Source: Octopus vulgaris
Lineage: Eukaryota
Assembly (NCBI GenBank): GCA_951406725.2
Contig: OX597818.1
Span: 104,656,001 to 104,720,000 of the forward strand
Direction: 5' to 3'
DNA: 64,000 nt
Numbering within the stretch: position 1 is the first letter of the stretch; each line of letters starts with the position of its first letter. The notes under the pieces are model-generated. The model was not told the DNA's origin, did no database searches, and was given only the letters and a program-made list of their open reading frames with translations. Position numbers and translations under genes: made by a program. Shown piece after piece: positions 53,519 to 64,000 of this stretch.

Positions 53519-53556
53519 TTCGTTACATTTCGAGCCTACGCACTTCAACAGAAAGG
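53519..53556 (-). ncRNA. degenerate hammerhead-like motif in a TA-flanked fragment (~53430-53578)
   Basis: Minus strand CCTTT-CTGTTGA-A-GTGC(gtag)GCTC-GAAA-TG-TA-ACGA. Core variant CUGUUGA with imperfect stems. Confidence 0.4.
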
Positions 53557-53601
53557 AATGAGAGAAAATAACAGAAATATATGTATATATATATATGTAT
53601 G

Positions 53602-53639
<38 letters not shown>

Positions 53640-54683
53640 TATAAAACATTTAAATGCACAAGCATATAAACATGCTCACACGTTCAGATAGTTTTTCGCA
53701 TCAATCATAGACTCACTACCCTTTCACAGTTCATTAGAAGCTCTATACGATTAACGTGTAAACGTGTTATGATTCGCAGAGCGCAGTCAATCTCATTATA
53801 CTAAAGTATGTATGCACAAGCGTCCAATTGCGCATACAACCGCACACACACACTCTCAAATGCACGTACATACTCATATGCTACTACCATCACCGCCATT
53901 ACACCATGTCACACCGCTGAAATGCTTAGAAGTCACGGTGTTTCTAAAAGCATTAATGACTTGAAAGATGTGAGCTAAAACGCAGTGAGCAGCCATACTG
54001 TATTGCAAACGAGATCTCAGCAAGACATAACAAATATGGCTAACTTTCTCACATAAAAAGAGGCGGAGGAGAGGTTTGCCAATAACAATTAATCCAACAT
54101 TAAGGGGTTAATTAAAACCAAACAAGTAAATATTTGCAAGTTGAATTTAATTTGTAAGGGTAAAAAGAAATATAATTTAAGACTGGTGTAAAAATTACTA
54201 TTAATCACGTTTCGCATATTCCTTCTACTACACTCGTTTGCTATCGTTCTACAGCTCCTGTTTTGTACATACACACACGCACACACATATACAAATTCGC
54301 GAAATATGCATATACTCTTTACATGTGCATGTACGCGTGAATGTAGAGATGTGTGTAAGCATATAGAAAGATCGTTCAGCTTTAAGACACGGAAATGACT
54401 TGTTCATAAAGAACTAGAAAATTTCGAATAAAAATAAAGAAATAAGTAGAATCCCTGCAACATTGATAAAACACGTAATATTTAAGCCCCATTGAAATTA
54501 ATTCCAGAAACAATTGCCATCCGATATTGTGATTTCTATATCCAAATACAGCGATGTTTTAATATTATTATATACTTTACTACAAAATTATAAACACACC
54601 CCTACATATATGTATTATGTGTATGTATGTATGTATATATATTTATATACACATATATGTGTGTATGAGTGCGTATGTGTGTG

Positions 54684-54739
<56 letters not shown>

Positions 54740-54751
54740 TGCGTGCGTATG

Positions 54752-54784
<33 letters not shown>

Positions 54785-54827
54785 GTGTGTGTATATATAT
54801 ATATACATACATACATATATACACACA

Positions 54828-54869
<42 letters not shown>

Positions 54870-56704
54870 CGTGAGTCTCTGTGTGTACGAAACAAAAGGC
54901 AAATGAATCGAATAAGACACTGGCAAGATATGCGAAAGTTTCATCAGAAACATATACAACTAAATTAAAGAAAAAGCAATATATGGTATCTAAAAATCGA
55001 TATCGATTCACCGGATACAGTTTTTACCAAAATACATAAACCCCGAATAACCCTTGAAAGGCTACAATGAGAAGACCGGAATCTTGCAAAGAACAGGTTC
55101 GTTTTAGTATTTCTAAAACTCCATGCTGTTATTAATATCATAGCATTATGAAAGAATAATATTGTCGTAATTGACTGGATTAACAATATTAAGTGGGAGT
55201 AATTGTAATTATGTAAATTTATTCAGTTTGACTTTGGTTATTTTCCTGTAGTCTTTGATGCGATTACTATGAAAAAGCCGGAAGTTCATCATCATTAACA
55301 ACGGCGATTTTCACATCGTTATACATGTTTAAATAAGATCCTCCTATTCCAGCTTCATTCTGTTTAGATTTTAAATTATGGATATGAGGTGCTTGATGGT
55401 GAAGTACAGTGGGTAGCTTTGACAGAACTAACTGGTGCTTGAATAAGTAAATCTATGGTCGTGTGGTGCTCTTACACAAACAAATTGGCTTGTATATCTC
55501 CATTATATCCAAAGAAATTTCACGTAATTTCACCAATAATTGAACAAGAAATGGTGACTTTATATCTTTTAAAGTGTATTCTGAACTGCATCTAGATCTA
55601 ACACATTCTTGCCTCCTTTCTACCTCCTGTGAGACAAAACGAGTTATAGGGGAAACTAGTCAACAAGGACGCCTCTGAATGATCCTTCAACATGCTTGAA
55701 ATAGCAGGTAAACCTCTTTCAAACAAACTATTATTTTATAAAAGAGAAGATGTGTTCGATATTGTAGTCCCAGATACATGATGACTGTCTTATATTTTAT
55801 CGTGTGTTTGTTTGACTAGGGTCGTACAGAAGCTAAACATTAGCAATAAACAGTTACAAATAATGAAATAGTGAACCAAAAGTTCATATTGATTCAAATT
55901 TGCTACAACGTGAAGTTGAAATTTCAATAATATTACTACTCTTTTTACATAACTGGTAGTTAGAGGTTTTAAATTCATTTGTGACATATTTCTAGTAATA
56001 AAATCAGTTTATTTTACTCCTGGGACTTCATTTCTTTCCACCAAGGCATTGTGGAATGTAAAACAGCGTTTCTCTTTTCTTTAATGCCAAAATATGAATA
56101 AAAATTGGCAAGTGAAAAACACCAGCTGTCTCAAACAACTCACATAAAAATTGTTAATGTCACTCAAAAAAATAAAGTTATTAACTATATTCTGCCAAAT
56201 GAAGGGGATACCACTTTATACACACAGTAAGCTCAATTTCCTCAAAACCTACATTCATTAAATTTGGTTCTTATCTGGTAGAAACCTTCGCTTATTTCCC
56301 TTGCCCTTTCTAAGAAAAAGTTTCATTAACTTTAAAACTTTTTTCCTAGGATTTTTTAGTTCAAGAAGAGAATTCTTAACATCAAGTAAAACCTGCATGT
56401 AGTTGTGTGCATGCGTGCGTGCGTGCGTGTGTGTTGTTTGTGTGTGCGTGTGTGTGCGTGTGTGCGTGTGTATGTGTGTGTATGTCTGTGTGTAGATATA
56501 CCAACATATACACGCACATACATGCATATAAGTAAAAATATACACATAAATATACACAGGAACGTGTATATACCTATAGATATATCTATATATATACATA
56601 TACATGTATTTATGTAGACAATATATATCATGACATACACACACAGAGATTGATAGATACATAGAGGGAGGGATACATAGATAGATAGAGAGAGAGAGAT
56701 AGAC

Positions 56705-56800
<96 letters not shown>

Positions 56801-57118
56801 GTGCATACATATGTATCTACATATACGCTTAAATGTACAAACACACACGCAAACTAAACATTATGCTACGCGATTTATTTCTTCAAGTTTATTTTCTAAT
56901 TTTTTTTTTATTGTCAGGTTTTAGCATCTTTTTATCGTTTGTTTTTGTCTTTCACTTTTATCTTAAATGATTCAGTCACTGGTTTCTCCCTTCCTCTCAT
57001 TTGACGTTCTATTAACAGTGCAATGTTTTTTTTTTGTCTTTTTATTATTACCATTCATCCTATGTATTAACACACCTTTTATTTTCTGTGTTTATATGAT
57101 TATCAGAATTATACATAC

Positions 57119-57160
<42 letters not shown>

Positions 57161-57244
57161 TTATATATATATATACATATACATATACACACACACACAT
57201 CATTACAAGCAAAAAGGTTGGCAGTTACTTCGAAGTTCTGACTA

Positions 57245-57321
<77 letters not shown>

Positions 57322-57430
57322 CATGAGCACATATATACATATATACATATAATATATGCATGCATACATATATATATATATATATATATATGTATGCATG
57401 CATGTATTATATGTATATATTATATATATG

Positions 57431-57471
<41 letters not shown>

Positions 57472-57493
57472 ATATATATATGTATGTATGTAT

Positions 57494-57535
<42 letters not shown>

Positions 57536-57558
57536 GTATGTATATATATATATGTATG

Positions 57559-57611
<53 letters not shown>

Positions 57612-57620
57612 CTATAGATT

Positions 57621-57655
<35 letters not shown>

Positions 57656-57743
57656 TGATAGAAATATGGATGGATGGATAGAAAGATAGATAGATCGATA
57701 GAACGATAGATAGATTGATTGACAGATAGATATGTGTATGTGT

Positions 57744-57806
<63 letters not shown>

Positions 57807-58572
57807 TGTGTGTGTCTGTGTATGTGTGTTCATGTATGCCTGCGTTGTGCGTGTGATACAAACATACAAAAAATTTTATGTAGCTGTGAATGTACTTGTG
57901 AGAGAAATAGTAAGACAATATGTTTGCCAGCCGTCTTAGGTATATTCATTCGCCTGTTCTTATGCTCGCACGCGTGTATGGATGTATGTACCTATGTATG
58001 GATAGATGTATCTATGTATGTACGTATGTATGTGTTTTGCTCCAGTACAATTCCATCAACTATGTGTAACGCCATGTATGTATGGCCATGAATGACAGAG
58101 ATGATGAAGGAAATAAATGAAGAGGTCGGAGTAAGTGAAAGAGAGAGAGAGAGAGAGAGAATGGCAGAAGAAATAAAAGAGACGATACCTATACAAAGTT
58201 TTGTTATTCAATCGTTATACCTGATCTAGCTGTCTATATACACCTCGTCTGTCCATCTATACGTCTGCTTAAAACTGGTCGATCACCTCATCCTTTCAAT
58301 CAATCACTGAGATTTCCTTATTTCCTTTGCTATACTTATTTATTTTTTTTACCCTCTAACAGTTTCCCATTCTTCAGCATCACATTCATTCTTCCGTCTC
58401 AGTGACCCCTTTCACTCATTTCAAAAGACCCTTTTCTTCTCTTGTATCCTCGACTGATCCCATTAGATTCTTTCAACATAATTCCACGTTATTTATTTAT
58501 TTATTTATATCTTTTTCTTGCCTTTTTCTTTTTTTCACGACTAACTACTGTCTCTCTGTTTCTTCCGCAAGC

Positions 58573-58629
<57 letters not shown>

Positions 58630-58767
58630 TGTGTGTGTGTGTGTGTGTGTTAGATTTATTGGTGTCATCATACACACCATTTACATATATATACATAATG
58701 CAGAGAAAGAGCGATGAAATGAGGAGGGAAAGAAAAAGAATTGATTAATAGGCACGCAAATAGATTG

Positions 58768-58798
<31 letters not shown>

Positions 58799-58801
58799 AC
58801 G

Positions 58802-58832
<31 letters not shown>

Positions 58833-59195
58833 TATATAGATACATATATATACATATATATGTATATATATAAACATATAACTATATGTATATATGAAAG
58901 CTAAACTTTAACATTTATTTATATTTACACGCACATATATGTATATTAAGACACACATACATATATATATTTACATATATATACGTATGCGTTTAATATA
59001 TGTATATAAGTGTGAATGAATATAGGTACATATACACATGTATATATATACATGCATGTATAAGTGTGTAAATAGTTATGTATACACATAGAATTTACAT
59101 ACATATACGCTCATATATGTATAAATACGTACATATACATATTTATATAGTTTTGTATATGTATATATATATATGTGTGTGTGTATGTGTATGTG

Positions 59196-59848
<653 letters not shown>

Positions 59849-60839
59849 ACATATGCATGTGTATATATGATTGTGTGTGTGCGATGTGCGTGTTTGTGTA
59901 TATATGTGTGTATGTGTGCGTTAGAAAAGGAATAGAAAAGGGATATATATATATATATACAAATGTGTGCGTATGTATACACTTCTCCATTTTTTCTCTA
60001 TTCTATCTATCCCCTACTCCCTTCCTTCTCTCTTAATCTTTCTACTACCATCGCTCCTACTTTCACAATCCCATTTCTCTCTCTCACTCTCTTTTTCACC
60101 CCCCTCTCTACGTCACTTTCCTGTCTTTCGTACATAAGTATAGAACTATTTTATCATTTTCCCTATCTCTGTCTCTCGTCTTCTCTTTTTCCTTCTCTCT
60201 TGTGTTTTCCCTTTATAAATTTGAGGTCACCGATATTGTCCCGGAAGTGACAACTATCTAATTTTATTTCAGAAAGTTTTTAATGGAAACCTCTGGCAAT
60301 GAATAATTTTGGCAAATATAAGTATTTGTTAGTTTAAAGGTCAGTCGCTCAGCGTTAATTCGATGAAGCTTCTTTGTATATTTCATTTATCAAATCGTTT
60401 TCAAACAACGATAAATATTCCAGTTCCATTCGATTCGATTTCTTTCAAAGTCTGTTGTAATATTTTAATATTAATTGCTTTAAGAATATATTCTAGCTTT
60501 CTATAGTATATCCACGTTAAGTAATATATACAGATTACTATTTTGAAATAAAAATATTTCTACCCGGCTTGCTGGATATTGCGACACCAGTGATATGTTA
60601 ATCACTTTTTTGTATATCAGTAGATGCTAAATTCCCCTAAGCATATGGTCGCTAGTGAGCATTTGTTACTGATGACGCTCAATGATGCAGAAATCCATAT
60701 ATAATAAGTGAATCGCCGCTACGCGGTGTTTTTCGGCAACTACTGATATACCTCTGTACCTTTTAGCACTATACGTCTATACGAGAGGTTTTACTCGTGA
60801 AGAATACCGAAGTTGTGTGGCTTTCTACTGAATATCTAA

Positions 60840-61250
60840 TTCTTTATTACCCACAGGGGCTAAACATAGAGGGGACAAACAAGGACAGACAAACGGATTA
60901 AGTCGATTATATCGACACCAGTGCGTATCTGGTATTTAATTTATTGACCCCGAAAGGATGAAAGGCAAAGTCGACCTCGACGGAATTTGAACTCAGAACG
61001 TAGCGGCAGGCGCAATACCTATTTCTTTGCTACCCACAAGGGGCTAAACACAGAGAGGACAAACATGGACAGACAAACGGATTAAGTCGATTATATCGAC
61101 CCCAGTGCGTAACTGGTACTTAATTTATGGACCCCTTAAGGATGAAAGGCAAAGTCGACCTCGGTGGAATTTGAACTCAGAACGTAACGTCAGACGAAAT
61201 ACGGCTACGCATTTCTCCCGGCGTGTTGACGTTTCAGCCATCTCGGAGCC
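60840..61250 (-). mobile_element. SINE family B tandem dimer (tail type 2)
   Basis: Two ~184-bp units CCCAC(A)AGGGGCTAAACA..GACAGACAAACGGATTAAGTCGATT..GAACTCAGAACGTA, with a single head. Confidence 0.88.
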
Positions 61251-61749
61251 TGCTACTAAATATCTAGGCAAAATAAAACATACAGCATACTATTCTGCAC
61301 TAAAAGTGTTTCCGTCGCTAATAATAAATTTGTTTGTTTTAGAAGTGAAATTTCATATTTAATTTTTTTTTAAATATGTTTATATGTTGTCATAGGATAA
61401 ATCGAAATTGATTATCTATCGAAAGTAGAGGAGGAATTGAATCGAATCAACAACAAATTCATATTAAGATTCAAATTTGATTTCTATGCAATTAAAATAC
61501 AAGAATGAAAATCCTATGCTTCTAAGTTCAGTCTCCCTACGTGGCACCTTGGAAAAATGTTTTCTACTATAGCCACGGGTCGACCAAAACCTTGTCAGGG
61601 AATTCGGTAGATGGAAACTCAAAGAAGCCCACTGTATAAATGCGTGTGCACGCGCAGATTGGCATAGTTAAGAAGTTCGTTTTACAACCTGGAAAACGTC
61701 TTGGGTTTGCTTTCAGGGTAGCAAGTGCATTTCTCATAGCTTCTAATTG

Positions 61750-62072
61750 AAGGCTCATGGCTTAAGTGTTTAAGGTAATCAACTCACAATCGTAAGGTGG
61801 TGAGTTCGATTCCCGGTGGTGCGTTGTATCCTTCAGTAAAGCACTTTATTTCATGTTACTCCAGTCGACGTAGCTGACGAAAACGAGTTGTTCTTGTAAT
61901 TCAAAGGGACAATCGTGCAACGTTCTATGTCACGCCGAATCTCCCTGAGAACTACGTTATGGGTGTGTGTGTCTGTGGGGTACTTAACTCACTTGCACGT
62001 TAATTTCACGAGCAAACAGTTCCGTTGATCGGATCATCTGCAACACTTATCGTCGTAATCGACGGTGTGCCA
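61750..62072 (+). mobile_element. tRNA-headed SINE, family C
   Basis: TGGCTTAAGTG..GAGTTCGATTCCCGG head. Body and tail are homologous to 567-886. Confidence 0.75.
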
Positions 62073-62203
62073 GAATAATTGTCACAAATCTTATGAGATA
62101 AATAGATTACAAAGCAGCTGTATAGATGCCAATGAATGAACTGTGCCGGTAATTCAACAGCCCAACTTTTTTAGCACACGTTAACATTTCACATCCAACA
62201 GAT

Positions 62204-62924
62204 CAGTGATTCTCCGCCGGGGTTTATGGGATCCTTCGGGGGCCCATATAAGATTTTGCTCTTAAAATTTATGCGCAAAAAATTGGTTATACTTCTAGAA
62301 TACACCAAACATTTTAACAATTTTCTTGTGCAGTTCCTAATAATATCAATATCTATAAAGCTGAAATGCGAAAAAGTTGTTTGATTTCTTTGTTATTTGT
62401 CTCATTTTGGGGATGGGAACGGTTTAAGGGACGGTAAATGGGGTCGGATTGGCGCCAAAATTTACACTGAGGGTAAAATGGGGTGGGCAATGGTGTGAGG
62501 GGGTGGCAAGTCGCTAGGGGCTATCGTTTCGTTGCCATTGTGAGGAATATGGGAAAAATTGAGTTTTATGGGATAGACAGGTTGCGCTGTTTAAATAATG
62601 GTGGCTTTTCTTGTTGCTGCAGGGGCTAGAGGCGGTTATCTTTAATTGTGGGTGTAAAAATGTGGAGGATATTGGAAATCGGGGTAAAGAAGAGGGCAAT
62701 AAAAAAGAACCAGGCAAAGAAGAAGAACAAAAGAAGGGAAAGGAAAAACAACACAAAACAACACCACCACCAAAACCCGAGCGAAGTACGAGTCAAAATA
62801 GCTAGTCTAATTATAAATAAACAATAAGGTTTCTTTTAGACATCCAATGGCTACGAGGGTCCACTGGAATAAAATAGAAATCAAAGAGGTCCATATACAA
62901 AACAAAAATAGATGAGAACCATTG
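62204..62924. mobile_element. hAT-type MITE interrupted by a Helitron
   Basis: Ends CAGTGATTCTC.. / ..GAGAACCATTG, with GGGGGCCCAT/GGGTCCAC/GAGGTCCAT subterminal motifs. No 8-bp TSD recognisable. Confidence 0.6.
62346..62805 (+). mobile_element. non-autonomous Helitron
   Basis: 5' TC (A|TCAATATCTATAAAGC) and 3' CCCGAGCGAAGTACGAG..AGCTAG|T. Inserted between A and T with no TSD. Confidence 0.65.
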
Positions 62925-63547
62925 CAGTAGAGTAGAATCAATTCATTTCTTTCAAGTTTTCACAAATCCGCTGCATTCTTTCAAAATCAAAACAAAAATG
63001 TATATCTAGTCAAAACGAAAACGTAGTTTACTGCTTTAAATATTCAAACTTGATATGCAGACTATATGACTACAACATTTAATATGATGTACATATTTTT
63101 CTGACTTATTCTTGAAATATCATTCACTATCTTATCCTAAAACCCGCCATATCAAAATAGCAGTCGCGTCAAAATTTATAATGAAATATAAAATATATTT
63201 GAAAACTCGAGAAAACATATTTTGAAAATCTATTTTTCTTATTACTTATTTATCTTAATTTGGTTAGCTTTTGTTTGTTTCGAGCGGGCAGAAAAGATTC
63301 TTCATATATGTTTTCTGTAAATTTTCTTTTATATTTTGTTTGGGTTATTTCTATATTTGTTGGCTTCTGTATATTCTTTAAATGTGCTAAAATATTCAGT
63401 CAAAGTACATTTGGTGAAATGACATATATTAGACACAGAATACATATTCATAAAACACACACATACACGCATACACACATAAATATATACGCATGCATAT
63501 ACATACATACATACATACATACATACATACATACATACATACATACA

Positions 63548-63583
<36 letters not shown>

Positions 63584-63779
63584 TATTTATTTATTATTAT
63601 ATTTTATCATTATATTATATTTGCTTTCTTCATTAATTTATTTTATTTTATTTTATTGTTATTTTTATTTTTCAATACGTCAAACTAGTTGATTTTCTTC
63701 AGCTGTCCTCGTTTGAATTATGACGCCATAGCTGCAGCTGCCATGATGAAAAATGTTTTTGGTTTTATTAGAAATGCTA

Positions 63780-63900
63780 TTGTTGTTGCTGCTGATGCCG
63801 GTGGTGGTGGTGGCGGCGGCGGCGGTGACGGTGGTGGTGGTGGTAGTGGTGGTGGTGGTAGTGGTGGTGACACCGGTAGCGGCGGCGGTGTAGGCTGTTG
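63780..63900. repeat. (GGT/GGC)n trinucleotide tract
   Basis: Directly visible G-rich low-complexity sequence. Confidence 0.85.
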
Positions 63901-64000
63901 TGTTTATAAAGATGATTACAACACTGCTCAGGCTCTTATCCTGAAGACGGCGCTGTTGTTAGTTTCGTTCCTTTAACAGGAAGTAATGAAAGTCTTGTTT

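Noticed and set aside
60663-60750. CTGATGA..GAAA (hammerhead) or C/D-box snoRNA-like motifs
   Set aside because: Stem II is only ~2 bp, stem III is non-palindromic, and there is no terminal stem or recognisable guide; likely chance in AT-rich DNA.
63689-63976. Gly-rich ORF at the window end
   Set aside because: Explained by (GGT/GGC)n. It could border a gene outside the window, but nothing here supports that.

Overview
AT-rich eukaryotic intergenic or intronic DNA, saturated with microsatellites and transposable elements. The repeat landscape is most consistent with an octopus/coleoid cephalopod genome; this is an inference from SINE style and microsatellite load. I find no convincing host protein-coding exon, and almost all listed ORFs are translations of (TA)n/(TG)n/(TATG)n/(GATA)n/(TTA)n/(CTT)n. 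The recognisable coding remnants are all TE-derived: a 5'-truncated RTE LINE (3.5-4.9 kb), a MULE transposase C-terminus (10.8 kb), an L1/Tx1-type ORF1 in an ORF2-less element (18.1-20.3 kb), an R4/Dong-type RT+RLE element in (TAA)n (41.6-44.6 kb) and a Penelope GIY-YIG fragment between 396-bp inverted repeats (51.1-52.9 kb). Three tRNA-headed SINE families, MITEs and Helitron-like pieces fill much of the rest. The most notable observation is a family of non-autonomous ORF1-only (HAL1-like) retroelements. At two separate loci it sits at the same site (AGTAGCTTGCTTAC, just after the A box) in the tRNA-derived head of one SINE family, with a target-site duplication, a conserved 5' end carrying a splice donor, and a 3' array of small hairpins. 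Also notable are six minimal hammerhead-ribozyme motifs, a SINE-derived 199-bp satellite with 3-mer higher-order structure, and a recent inverted duplication. All coordinates were read by eye; edges of degenerate repeats are approximate.
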